This document shows positions 1 to 12,370 of a DNA stretch of 64,000 nt, piece after piece. Source of the stretch: Octopus sinensis (taxonomy: Eukaryota); the NCBI RefSeq assembly GCF_006345805.1, contig NC_043000.1, positions 141,980,001-142,044,000 of the forward strand, given 5' to 3'. How positions within the stretch are numbered: the first letter of the stretch is position 1; the number at the start of each line of letters is the position of its first letter. The notes under the pieces were generated by a model, which saw only the letters and a list, made by a program, of their open reading frames with translations, made no database searches and had not been told where the DNA came from. A program made the translations under genes and the position numbers.

Positions 1-43
1 ACTGTATACCTTTCTTTCTCATTCACACCCATCTTTATTTCTG

Positions 44-79
44 TATATATATATATATATATATATATTTGTATGTATA

Positions 80-121
<42 letters not shown>

Positions 122-125
122 ATAT

Positions 126-169
<44 letters not shown>

Positions 170-200
170 AATATATATATATGCACATATACATATATGT
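44..200. repeat. (TA)n microsatellite
   Basis: Long imperfect TA run. Confidence 0.95.
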
Positions 201-741
201 GTATGTGTGTTTGTCTGAATGTGTGTGTGTATATGCGTGCTCGTCTTAACACACGTTGATAGGCAACGTCATAAAGAATCTCCACAGGCACTGTGTGTTA
301 GAAATGTGGCAAGCTATTCCGTTTGAAGAAGTAAATTGTTAGACAGTTTGTCTGGTAATTCAGTTTAGAGTGCCACACATGATCTGATTTGCCATTATTT
401 CACAACGATAAAAATCTATCAAGAAATCAAAAGTATGCTGTTAGATAAATCAATCAGTTCTTTTCATTTACGATTTCCAAAAGAAATACCTCATATGAAA
501 TGAAATATTAGTTTGCATTTCTTTTTATTCCTTTAAATTTTCTTTATGAGAAAATTAACTTAAGTAGAGAGAGAGTACCCTAAAGCTGTATAATTATATT
601 GGAAATATAATTACTTCATAGCAATCAGAGCGAATAACAAGTGAATGTTAATAATAGGATAGAAGTGTTACAAAGTCATTTCGTTTCGCATATGCGCCAC
701 AAATCATCGTGGATTAAACATATATACAAAGGAAAACGCTC

Positions 742-743
<2 letters not shown>

Positions 744-793
<50 letters not shown>
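744..793. repeat. (CA)n microsatellite
   Basis: Perfect CA run. Confidence 0.95.
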
Positions 794-795
<2 letters not shown>

Positions 796-949
796 AAATA
801 TATATGCTTATATAATCATACACACGTTGTTATGTTATCCATATATTATAAGTATTAAGAATTGTAACAAACGCATACTCATACTTGTATGTATATATGT
901 ATGTTTACATGCATAGATATATAATAGATATATAGATACATTCATATAT

Positions 950-1679
950 ACAGGTATACAAAGAGAGCGAGCGTTGCAAAGCGTTTAGAGAGGAGTAAAA
1001 ACCTACAGAATTGGTCGCTAGAGCAGTGGAAGAATGTTATTTTCTCGGACGCGTCATTGTTTACCTTATTTCCGACCATCGGCCGAGTATACGTGAGGAG
1101 ACAGCCAAACGAAGCATTTGACTCAGATTGCCTTCTTCCAACTGTTAAACGTGGTGGAGGATCTGTGATTATCTGGGGGACTATATCTTGTAAATCCGCC
1201 GGCCCAATGGCTTCCCTTTGTGGCATAATTAATAGGCAAGTCTATTTAACAAATTTATCTATCAAAGTCATCTTATGATTGCGGAACTGTTTCCGGTGAG
1301 AAACTCAATCTTTCAGGATGATAATGCACCAACATACACAGCTAGGGTCGTTACTGAATTGCCCGAGGAACATTCTAGTGAAGTTGAACATCTAATCCGA
1401 TCACCACAGTCCCCAGATCTCAATACTATTGAACATTTATGTTGGATTTTAGAAAAAAAACATGTAAGGAGTCGATATCTTCCACCATCATCACTACAAG
1501 AATTAGAGACAGTTTTAGCTAAAGAATAGAAAAAACTCATTCTGGAATATTTCAAACTTTGTACGAGTCCATAACTCGTAGAATTCAAGTTGTAATTACT
1601 GCCAATGGCGGTCCTACCCAATATTAAAATAAATCTGCTTGACATTTTAAGGTATTTCCATTATTTTGTCCAACCCCTG
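950..1679 (+). mobile_element. Tc1-like DNA transposon remnant (DDE catalytic half plus right TIR), DD36E spacing
   Basis: Frameshifted motifs NWSLEQWKNVIFSD, PTVKRGGGSVIIWG, FQDDNAP...SPDLNTIEHL; terminus ...ttattttgtccaacccctg followed by TA (1680-1681). Confidence 0.88.
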
Positions 1680-1866
1680 TATACACACACTATATATTCA
1701 TTCTTCACTCATTTATTACTGTTCTTATTCTATCTCATTTCCATTGTCCAAAAATATTTCGTCATACATCTGTGAACTCTTCAGCGATGCTTTCTGTCTT
1801 GGTTTGTGCTCTGGCTATGCTTTTTCAATATGTTCTTCCATGAGGTGTATACTTATATGCGCATGA

Positions 1867-1868
<2 letters not shown>

Positions 1869-1908
<40 letters not shown>

Positions 1909-1922
1909 TGTGTGCGCGTGTG
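1869..1922. repeat. (GT)n microsatellite
   Basis: GT run; mirrored by (CA)n at 3269-3302. Confidence 0.95.
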
Positions 1923-1950
1923 TTTCATTGTTCTTAGTACCAATATGAAC

Positions 1951-2172
1951 CTATTTCTTTATTACCCACAAGGGGCTAAACACAAACAAGGACAGACATA
2001 GGTATTAAGTCGATTACATCGACCCCAGTGCGTAACTGCTACTTAATTTATCGACCTCGATAGGATGAAAGGCAAAGTCGACCTCGGCGGAATTTGAACT
2101 CACAACGTAACGGCAGACGAAATACCGCTAAGCATTTCGCCCGACGTGCTAACGATTCTGCCAGCTCGCCGA
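1951..2172 (-). mobile_element. tRNA-headed SINE family A (Meta-domain-like)
   Basis: Minus strand: A box TGGCAGAATCGTTAG, B box GAGTTCAAATTCC, body GTCGACTTTGCCTTTCATCCT..., tail ...GTGGGTAATAAAGAAATA. Confidence 0.9.
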
Positions 2173-2525
2173 CTTCCATCAGCTCCGTCCCCTCCATCGC
2201 TGCTGTTGCTGCTGCTGCCTCTGAGCCCGTGTTTTGGTACCGTTACTGTATCTCTGTGTTTGTGTGGTCGGGCACGCTACTGCCATCATGGTAGTTGTTG
2301 TTTTTGATGTTGTTTTCGTTGCCATTGTTGTTACCACTGTTGACGTTGCTGGACGTGTTGTTGATATTTTTGCGGCCGTCTCTGAAGTTACAGCATGTGT
2401 GTTTGTTTATGTGTATAAATGGGTTCGCTTCCTATGTTGTTTGTATCCGTGCATTTTATACAGCATATTTTTTGTATCTATCTCTATTTCTTATATTTAT
2501 CATAGGTAAGTCTATATTTGTCTAT

Positions 2526-2918
2526 AGGCGCAGGAGTGGCTGTGTGGTAAGTAGCTTGCTTACCAACCACATGGTTCCGGGTTCAGTCTCACTGCGTGGC
2601 ACCTTGGGCAAGTGTCTTCTACTATAGCCTCGGGCCGACCGAAGCCTTGTGAGTGGATTTGGTAGATGGAAACTGAAAGAAGCCCGTCGTATATATGTAT
2701 TTATATTTGCGTGTGTCTGTGTTTATCCCCCTAGCATTGCTTGACAACAGATGCCGGTGGTTTACGTCCCCGTTACTTAGCGGTTCGGCAAAAGAGACCG
2801 ATAGAATAAGTACTGGGCTTACAAAAGAATAAGTCCCGAGGTCGAGTTGCTCGACTAAAGGCAGTGCTCCAGCATGGCCGCAGTCAAATGACTGAAACAA
2901 GTAAAAGAGTAAAAGAGT
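2526..2918 (+). mobile_element. tRNA-headed SINE family B (CORE-like)
   Basis: GGCGCAGGAGTGGCTGTGTGGTAAG head, GGTTCAGT B box, CCTTGGGCAAGTG CORE-like block, tail GGCCGCAGTCAAATGACTGAAAC-(AAAAGAGT)n; eight copies in window. Confidence 0.92.
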
Positions 2919-3268
2919 ATACCGATGATATATATAAGAAATAGTGAAAGATAACAAAAAAATTATAAAGGACACGGGTTCAAACGATATAGGGAGCGAA
3001 CCCATATACACACATAAAGTTACAAGCAGTAACTTGACAGACTGCTGCAATAATATCAACAACACGACCAACAAAGACAATAACCGTAACAACAATGGCT
3101 ACAAAAACAACAACAATAACTAACACGATTGCAGAAGCGTGGGCGAACAACACGAAAACAGCGAGATGCGGGAACGGTACCAAAAGTCGCGTTCAAGGGC
3201 AGCAGCAGCAGCGGCATCGGGGGAGGGGACGGGGCTGAATGTAGGGTCATAGTACTACTAAAAACAAT

Positions 3269-3306
<38 letters not shown>

Positions 3307-3518
3307 CACGTACACATACACACAGAAATAGAGACGCAAAATCATGCGCATATAAGGATATACAACATCGAATAACGGCGTGGAAAAAGCGGAGCGAGAA
3401 CACACACCAAGACGGTAAGCGTCTAGCACCCATATCATTTTTATTTTCCGGTGGTGCGTAAAACATTGCAAGACGAATTTTAACATTAGATATTACTTGC
3501 GAATGCCTTGATAATACC

Positions 3519-3750
3519 TATTTCTTTATTACCCACAAGGGGCTAAGCACAGAGGGGACAAACAAGGACAGACATAGGTATTAAGTCGATTACATCGACC
3601 ACAGTGCGTAACTGCTACTTAATTTATCGACCCCGAAAGGATGAAAGGCAAAGTCGACCTCGGTGGAATTTGAACTCACAACGTAACGCAGACGAAATAC
3701 CGCTAAGCATTTCGCCCGGCGTGCTAACGTTTCTGCCAGGTCGCCGCCTT
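3519..3750 (-). mobile_element. SINE family A, full length, 16-bp TSD
   Basis: Complete head/body/tail; ATGCCTTGATAATACC duplicated at 3503-3518 and 3751-3766. Confidence 0.95.
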
Positions 3751-4257
3751 ATGCCTTGATAATACCCAATACATGCAAACATAGAATCTAAAGAAATTGA
3801 AGCACACGCAGATCCATTTGAAGGGTAAATCGGTAACTAATACCTTAACATATTCGTGTAAAAATATTTCCATTTACCCCCCCCCCCAAAAAAAAGTAAT
3901 GGTTTACGTATACTCACTCTAGTGTACGTGCTATAACTTTTTGACTGAGATGAAGACCCCCAAACAAGTGTCGTTAATGCACGTCCATAAAATTGCTTGA
4001 AATAATTTCCGTAATTCAATTTCTGAGCATAAATTTAATTTCACTTTTTGAAAGGAATAGCTTAAATGTATAAAATATAAAATCAAAATCATGAATGTAT
4101 GCTACTTCATTAAATAGCTTTGTTTAGCGACGACTATTAAAAGATGTGTCTTTTGGCAATGTCTGTTCACATATGTACATAACTACATACATAATACACA
4201 CATGTATACATATATGTCCATATAAACACACAGACACACACAAACACACACAGACGT

Positions 4258-4279
4258 ATTTATATATACACACATATAC

Positions 4280-4334
<55 letters not shown>

Positions 4335-4439
4335 GTGGGGTGTATGCATATATGTATATGCATATAGACATTGAACTGCTGCACTCTACACAGTTTATCT
4401 TTCTCCATTGTTTTCGTCTGTTGTCGTTTTGTAAATTTG

Positions 4440-4480
<41 letters not shown>
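4258..4480. repeat. (TA)n/(TG)n compound microsatellites
   Basis: TA/TG runs at 4258-4334 and 4443-4480. Confidence 0.9.
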
Positions 4481-4482
<2 letters not shown>

Positions 4483-4580
4483 ACATTTGAATCGTTGGCG
4501 ATTTTCTTCCTCCGTTTTCCTTTCTCTTAAACTTTCCTCTGTTTCCGATGAAGAAGGTCTGCCCGAAACCTTAAACCAAA

Positions 4581-5428
4581 CGGGTAATGCCGGGGACGAG
4601 AGTTCCGCCTCGTCATTCTATAGAGGGCTGGTAGAAGCAAAGTGTGACTCTATCGTCATTCTATAGATGGCAACGTGTAAAGATGACCTTGGGGAAACCC
4701 TGGGGTCCGACGAAGGTCAGCTTACTTGTTTGCTTCGAAGGACATTCGGGCCGGGGCTTTGGACAATGGCTTGGTAATGTTACCGAGGAGCCTTACCAGT
4801 TCGAGATACATTCGCTTGGATTGCTATATATGCCATCCCACTTGCTCATGATGCGAGAACAGCAGTGAAACATATGTACGCTATTGTGCAATGTCCGAAA
4901 ATTTTGGAAATGCGGGTTTATGTCGAACGGCTGCTCTTCCGAGTCGATTATAAAGATTGTTCAAACATCCTCCTTGAATAATGAAGGCAAGTGAGTTTTC
5001 TTGCTGTTCTAGCGATGGCGAAAGAGGTTGTTTGGAGGGCATGAATAAGGGGAGTGGTGACGCGTGACTTCATCACCGGCCCTTGTTTACTCTACCTGTT
5101 TATTTTCCATCTTAAAAAAACTAAGGCTAGAGGAGACGCTTGTCGCCCGATATATGTGGCAAAAGATGGGAGGAAGTGACGTGGATGTTGAGAGTGAATG
5201 AAACCACGTAAGTGTAAAATATAAAGGTAACTAAAAGGTTCCGCGGTGGATCGGAGCTTGGGAGGTTGAACCCGTTCCCCACTCGCTTGTGCTGTTTTTA
5301 TATTGTTAGTTCATTGTTAGTTTATATAATTCGTAAATCTTTAATTGCTTTATCATTCGATCCCTCATCCCTCTCATTTTGTATCGTCCTCTTTGTATTT
5401 ATCCTTCATGGCGTAACTAAAATCAATT
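4581..5428 (+). mobile_element. 5'-truncated, degenerate Tx1/L1-clade LINE (ORF2 C-terminus plus 3' UTR)
   Basis: NAGDESSASSFYRGLVE...LGETLGSDEGQLTCLLRRTFGPG aligns with NAGSRSSTTDFYSGLVE...LGETLGYDENQLVNLFRRTFGPG at ~17755-17895. Confidence 0.85.
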
Positions 5429-5451
5429 CGTAAATTGACCGCATTAGCTAT

Positions 5452-6567
5452 GACCCGACTGTCAGCAGCACAGAGAGAACAGGCTATCGGCCGATTGCAA
5501 GCACGGTAGCGTGCCATGTTTGCTGTAAAAGCTCACAATGTCCGTGTCAGCACCATCTACGGCCTGCATCAGCGGTAAAACGACGCCAACATCCCTGAAA
5601 ACCATGCTCACAGAGGGCCTTCCGTGGTTGCCACTCAACACCTGTAACACCTACTTGATCGCTTCAGATTGGCCAGTGTGACTGCTCGCTGGAACTGGAC
5701 AGCGACCCATCAGTGTCGACACGATACATCGACTGACCGCCAACAATCTACGTTGCCGACGTTCTGCTCGAGAGCCTGTCCTCACCGCCCGCCACAGTAA
5801 GGCACGACTACACAGCTCTGACATTAGTGACATAAGCAATGGAGGTCGATAGTACTGCGTTTCCACCTCGTATGGCAGAGTGAAGGTATGGTGTATGTGG
5901 GGTGAACGCCAAAGACCCGCATGTGTTATGGAGAAAGAAGCCTGAGGTGGCCAAAGCATCATGGTTTGGGGTGCTATATGCCTGAGTCAGAGAATTGGGC
6001 CACATGTGTTCCAAAATGTTGGTACAAGCAGAGGGAACGGCATCATAGCGCAGCGTTACGTTGACCAGATCCAAAGACCTCAAATCGTGCCCTTCGCTCG
6101 TCACCATAGACACGTGTTCCAGCAGTAAAATGCTCCCTCTCACACGGCACGGTTCACCATGGACATCCTGTGTCAGCACAACATCGAAGCAATGCCATGA
6201 CCGGCTCTCATCACAGATTTGAACCCAAATGAACACCTGTGGGATGAAATCCAGGGACGGCTGTACCAGGTGATCCCAAGTTGACAACTCGTGTGGAACT
6301 GGAGGTAGCTTTCCTCAGTGTATGGGAACAGGTTCCAATAGCTTTTGTGAACCGCCCCATGCACTCTGTGTACCGACGGCGTATGGCTGTTTTGAACAAA
6401 CGGGGAGGGCATAAACGGTATTGAACATATCACATCCTGCATTCTCGGTGTGCTGGATCTGCTCACTATCAGAACACATGGTAAACTTTTACAGCTTTAT
6501 GAAAGTTTATCTCTGACATGAAATTAAAACATATTTCACAGTCTCGCGTTTCTTTTGCGTTTCAGTG
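5452..6567 (+). mobile_element. Tc1-like transposon (DD34E-type) pseudogene with right TIR
   Basis: MTRLSAAQREQAIGRLQ N-terminus; VFQQ*NAPSHTAR...DLNPNEHLWDEI (34-residue spacing); terminus gcgtttcttttgcgtttcagtg followed by TA; left TIR not found. Confidence 0.88.
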
Positions 6568-7619
6568 TATATACATATGTGTAGATATATACTTTTTGGG
6601 CGGGGGCCATCTCAAATCACACGTAAATAATAGCAAGTAAATATTTCCTTGTGAGACACTTTTGGATAAATGGGTAAATTTTTATGTATTCCTGTATGTG
6701 CCTACGTACATGCATATAGTCAATGCACAGGAAATATATTCTTATTAGTAATTCTTATTTAAAGGATTGTTGGGTATTAAAACATGGAGCAGGAAATAAT
6801 ATGATATGAAGCGACTCCAATATGTGATACAAATTTTCAAAAGTTATTACATCACATAATGTTGATAAAATATATTTATATTATTTACTTATTTGTATTT
6901 TAGATTTATAATGACATATTTCACAAGGATTGATTACTGAAGGAAAAATTATTGAAAATATTGAAACATAAAATAAAAACAAAGCTATAGTAGACTAATA
7001 GAAACAAAATCTAATTTTGAATATTTTAAATTTAATATCATGGAAAATAATATAAATTATGAAATAAGACATGTGTTGGAAAGTTCATATAATTCCCCCA
7101 AAGATATAAAATAAAATAACTTATGAAGTCACTTTTTCTTCATTTGATCTTTGATCTGGTTCGTGTTGATTATATGAATTTACTTTGATTCAAAAGAAAA
7201 TATATAAATATATTAATCTGTTCTGTGTTAAAGTTTCATATTTCTATATCAAAGGTTATTTGTATTTCATTTTCGCATATTTTATTACATAAACGAGTAT
7301 TCAACATCAACACCTTTTAGAAAACCCGGCATATTTACTGCTGCCATGGTGATAACATAGCATCAGTTCTAAAAGCGATAGCAACAAGCTAAAACCAGAT
7401 CTCTACACTAGCGTTCTCAAATTATTTTGATCATCAGGTAGCGGCGTGTTATAAAATTAGCAACTAACTACAACTAATATAAATAACGATTTCAAATTTT
7501 GTTACAATGCCAGATATTTCAGGGGAGTAGGTAAGACGGTGACATTGACATCAGTCATCAAATGGTACGTACTTCATCGCCTCGAAATGAAATAATGAGA
7601 GGCAAAGTCGAATTCGGTA

Positions 7620-7927
<308 letters not shown>

Positions 7928-8071
7928 AACTGGTACATCACACGTATTGAGAAGAGCATTGTCGATGTGAGAACTGTTGCTGCTCATGTATTTTAATTTA
8001 ACTTTGAAAAAAAAAAAAAAATGAACGAACTACTGAGTTTGGTTTAATGGCCTACCAATATATACTATGAG

Positions 8072-8350
8072 TTTCTTTGCCCTAGGAGTCGGGAAAACAC
8101 TCGGCAAGAAATGGAAGAAAATTTGAAAGAAGAAAAAAAAAAGTAATAATAATAATAATAATAATAATTAAAACAAACATAACTTTCGTTTATTTTTTAA
8201 GGCATTCGCTAGTACAACACTAAATACAAAACCAAATATGTGGCACACTAGGCATAACAACAATACGAACTTCCAACCTGTTGCCTCTTGAGGTCTCTGG
8301 GTGAGACTTGGAGCCAACTTGTACAAATATAAAGCAAAAGTCAAACATAA
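8072..8350 (+). mobile_element. Probable 3' tails of R4/Dong-like RLE retrotransposons, each followed by (AAT)n
   Basis: Motif ccctagg.gtc.ggaa.acactcggcaagaaatgga at 8079-8115 recurs at 8768-8804; a second tail 8167-8350 ends directly in aataataat. Confidence 0.5.
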
Positions 8351-8386
8351 AATAATAATAATGATAATGCATTTGTACATTTGGCC

Positions 8387-8683
8387 GATAGGTGGGATCA
8401 AAAACCTCTGCATGGCATATATGTGTGCCGTAGCAAAGAAGCTGAGGTAAACCAGAAGCACACCCAACAGTGGCTACGGAGATTAGGGCTAAAGGCAGAG
8501 AGTGAAGGCTTTATCTTGACTGTCCAGGATCAGAGCTTACTGACCCGGAACTATTAAGCCAACGTGATGAAAATTGTTATAGATCCAAAGTGTCGTATTG
8601 CAATGGTTGGATAGAAAGAGTCGTCCACATAATCTCTGGATGTAAGGATTTAGCACCTGTAGAGTATAAATCAAGACATGACG
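8387..8683 (+). mobile_element. R4/Dong-clade non-LTR retrotransposon fragment (post-RT region and CCHC finger)
   Basis: RWDQKPLHG...QQWLRRLGLKAESEGFILTVQDQSLLTRNY*...KCRI(C)...ERVVHIISGCKDLAPVEYKSRHD with one stop and one frameshift. Confidence 0.85.
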
Positions 8684-8828
8684 TTTTCTCTCTCACATGA
8701 CGTTGTAAACAGAGAATTTGGTTTGTGTATTTTAATAGACTACTCATGTATACAGTGCGTTTCTAAGCCCTAGGTGTCAGGAAGACACTCGGCAAGAAAT
8801 GGAAACAATTAAAAGATAATAATGAAAA

Positions 8829-8829
<1 letters not shown>

Positions 8830-8863
<34 letters not shown>

Positions 8864-9112
8864 ATACTACTACTACTGTTTCTGCTGCAGCTGTTGCAAC
8901 TACTACTACTACTACTACTAATAATAATAATAATAATAATAATGATAATAATAATGATAATATTAATAACAAAAATGAGAAGAAGGAGGAGGAGAAGAAG
9001 AAGAAGAAGAAGAAGAAGAGGAAGAAAAGAAGAAGAAGAAGAAGAAGAAGAAGAAGAAGAAGAAAAAGAAGAAGAAGAAGAAGAAGAAGAAGAAGAAGAA
9101 GAAGAAGAAGAT
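8830..9112. repeat. Compound (CTA)n-(AAT)n-(GAA)n microsatellite
   Basis: Successive trinucleotide tracts. Confidence 0.95.
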
Positions 9113-9606
9113 AATGGTTTCAAATTTTGGCAGAGTAACAGCGTTTTTTTATCAGGAGGGGATTTGTCTCCTATATTAATGATAGTGCTAAAATTGTATA
9201 AACGTGGGGGTACCCAAGAAAAACCGGAATTTTTCAATATTATTCTATTCATTTATTTTTACAACTGTTTCGGTCACCGTTTTTCTCAGCAGCAAGCCAA
9301 AGTTATGGAATCATGCTGTTCCTTAGTCTCAGCCATCGCAAAATTCGACGAACGTTGGAGAGGCACTTTAAAACAAAGACGCACCACTTGGCAATACTAC
9401 TCCAACGGAAGAAGCAGGTAGACAGATTGATGTCTGAGGTTTCTAACAGTGGATGCCTGATCTACAAAAGGGTTGCCCACACAGAACGTTTCCGGTTACT
9501 TTTGGGTATCATGTAGTGTATCGACCAAGAAAGCTAATGTCGACATAGGTAGAATTTGAACTTATGAAGTAATAGGTCGAAATAAATGCCGATAGAACAT
9601 GTTTGA

Positions 9607-10051
9607 GGGCGGCGAGTTGGCAGAAATGTTAGCACGCCGGGCGAAATACTTGGCGGTATTTCATCTGTGTTTAGCCCCTTCTGGGTAGTAAAGAAATAGG
9701 TATTTCGTCTGTCTTCATGTTCTGAGTTCAAATTCCGCCGAGGTCGACTTTGCTTTTCATCCTTTCGGGGTCGATAAATTAAGTACCGGTTACGCACTGT
9801 GGTTGATATAATCGACTTAATCCGTTTGTCCTCCCTGTGTTTAGCCTCTTGTGGGTAGTAAAGATGTAGGTATTAATCTGTCTTTACGTTCTGAGTTCAA
9901 ATTCCACCGAGGTAGACTTTGCCTTTCATCCTTTCGGGGTCGATAAATTACGTACCAGTTGCGCATTGGGGTCGATATCATCGACCTAATACCTTTGTCT
10001 GTCCTTGTTTGTTCCCTCTATATTTAGCCCCTTGTGGGCAATCAAGAAATA
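9607..10051 (+). mobile_element. Head-to-tail array of SINE family A
   Basis: Head, short tail insert, then two ~170-180 bp units each starting at GGTATT(TCG/AA)TCTG (9699, 9869). Confidence 0.9.
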
Positions 10052-10063
10052 AGAACATTTTTC

Positions 10064-10445
10064 GTGCGCTTACGCTTCTTCCAACTCGCCGCCTTAACGT
10101 TTTCAAATCTTCGACCCAAATCAACAATTTTAGGGAAGTTGGAAAACGTTTACACCGTCTTGACTGCTCAACTGGCACGTATTTTATCGATCACGAAGTT
10201 CTTAACTGGCATATGTTTCATCGACCTCGAAGTCGGGAAAGTTAAGTCATCGTCAATGGTTTAAATGATGGTTTCAAATCCATTGCACAAGGCCTGCAAT
10301 TTTAAAGGAAGTACTATGTCTGTAACATCAACCACAATACTTGTTTGCATTTTATAGACACCGATAAAATAATATCAATCCTTTCTACTATAAATGCAAT
10401 TATTTTACTGACCCGGCCGGATGAAAGGTAAACTTAGCCTCTGCG
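10064..10445 (-). mobile_element. Degenerate SINE family A fragments
   Basis: Diverged matches to family A head and body on the minus strand. Confidence 0.55.
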
Positions 10446-11554
10446 CAATGGAAATACACAGTGTAAACTGTCGTAACAAAACTTTTACATGACATGTTTG
10501 CCTAAAACGGTAACTTTTGTGCCAATCTAAATACATGGCGATTCAATACTTCATAAATGATATAGATTATACAGAACACGTTGAAATAATTTAACATACT
10601 TTTTACTCAATTACTCGATATCATTACAGGAGGTTTGTGTCATTGTTATTTACCAGTACATTGATATTTCCATGGAATGTCATAAATTTTACTCGTATGT
10701 CTCTGAGCACATTTATCTTGAGTCTCTTTTTCAACTCTGCCGAAATCGAATTTGCGTAGCTAAAACCTGAGTCGATCATGCACAAAATTCGGAACGTAAA
10801 AAAATATCTCAAACGCTACACTAAGTTTGAGTTATTTGATAGAGTAGCGTTCATATACCGAAAGTCACTGAGGGTTTTAGATTTCAACAATGATTTATCA
10901 TTCAAATTCACACGTAAATAAGTTCTTCTAAGTAATATTCAGTGTCAGCATTCACTATTTCCAAATGAAATCGCGTAAGAATTCAATTGAGAATTTTCTG
11001 AAAATCCTCGAAACATACATTTACGTCATCATTTTTATTTTTGAAGGTGTTTTATGCATGTCTCCTGTTCACGATCTGCAATGCTTTCAGTATCACCACT
11101 CAAACGCTGTAAATTTTAAAGATGCCTATATGTAAGTGCCACTGTAGATGTACGTAAAGGATACAACGAAATACAAATATTTTATATAGGATTACTGGAT
11201 GAAGAAGCGCTAAAAGATGTTCGACATTTACATTATTATTCAAAACTATTCAAGCAGTTTTTAAAGGTGCTATTACATATTGTCATTTTCCATGCGTAGG
11301 CTTTGCAATTGGTCTTCATTTGCTGTGTCTGATGCAGCTTCTATTTCATGGAAGTTAGATTGATAGTCCTACGACAAACCTTCTTCCTTTTTCCAGGATT
11401 AGGAGCCGCATAGTAGGATACACATTTAATAGTATCTACTGAAAGTCCCAGAAGAGAATTGCTTCACACTATGGCATCCCTCAACACATTTTCAGTATGT
11501 TTAAAGGACTTCACTCAAATCAACGATGCTGTTTTCGAGCGGAAACAGAATGAG

Positions 11555-11830
11555 TAGACTTCATGGAAATCCTTACCGAAGGTCGACAAGGTTGCATTTT
11601 CTTGCACCTACTATTTGTAGGATTTTTTCCTAAAGAAAATATCGAACATGCCCGATGAAGGCATGCCATGAAAACAATAGACGCGAGTAAAAGGCTGAAA
11701 TTTGCTGATGACATGGTGTTACTCGCCGAAGATAATAAAATATATCGGCTCACATTAGAACAAGGAAAAAACTCTAGAAAAATTGGTATGAGAATCAGTA
11801 TCACAATGTCGAAATAATGAACTTTATAAA
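11555..11830 (+). mobile_element. RTE-like LINE reverse transcriptase remnant
   Basis: GRQGCIFLHLLF and KFADDMVLLAED...KIGMRIS motifs. Confidence 0.7.
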
Positions 11831-11904
11831 TGATGACAGTCAATAAAAAACAATCATACTGTAAGCCAAGATCGTTTCATCTGCAGGGGAGGGGATAGCT
11901 TTAG

Positions 11905-12370
11905 CTTTTGCCAATTTTATCTTCAAAAGGGCCACACCATCAGTGGAGAATAGTATGCCAACTCGCTGAGGCAGTTACGAAAGTTTATGAAAACCAATGT
12001 CCCAGGAAAGCTGACGAAAGTAGTCTTGTTCCATCAGAGCAATGCTCCAGCAGTACACAAGTCCTTGGTTTCAATGGCTGCTGTGCGTGCTTGTGTCTTT
12101 CATTTGATTAATCACACTCCGTAGTCTCCTGATTTTCTCCCATCTGACTATCATTCGTTCTCCAACATGGAAAAAGACTTTGCTGGGAAACAGTACCGCA
12201 GTGATAATAACGTCTTATCTGCTCCTGATAAACTTTTTGACCAACAGGATAATAGCGTCTTCTGCTAGGAAAACGTGGGTGAACCGCAAAGGTCAATATT
12301 TTGAAAATTTAACCACGTTTGATTCATGAGAGTATTTTGAAGAAGCTATGAAATTTTTAGCCGACCATCA
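11905..12370 (+). mobile_element. mariner transposon 3' remnant
   Basis: GKLTKVVLFHQSNAP..HKS...HTP*SPDFLPSDYHSFSNMEK (YSPDLAPSDY-like); TIR-like end atgaaatttttagccgaccatca followed by TA. Confidence 0.85.

Larger units (their letters stand above)
1785..3425. repeat. Old diverged long inverted repeat (foldback) interrupted by two SINEs
   Basis: Left arm (1785-1953 plus 2173-2506) is homologous to the reverse complement of the right arm (2920-3425); mirrored ORFs 2234+ and 2980- are similar (MVP...VVFVAIVVT...GRVVDI.AAV...TAC). Confidence 0.8.

Noticed and set aside
2234-3183. Two paralogous Val-rich membrane proteins on opposite strands
   Set aside because: They are mirror translations of the degenerate GTT-rich arms of the palindrome.
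9313-9516. ORF loosely resembling a DEK-C helical motif
   Set aside because: Similarity is only by eye over ~25 residues, with no splice or family support.
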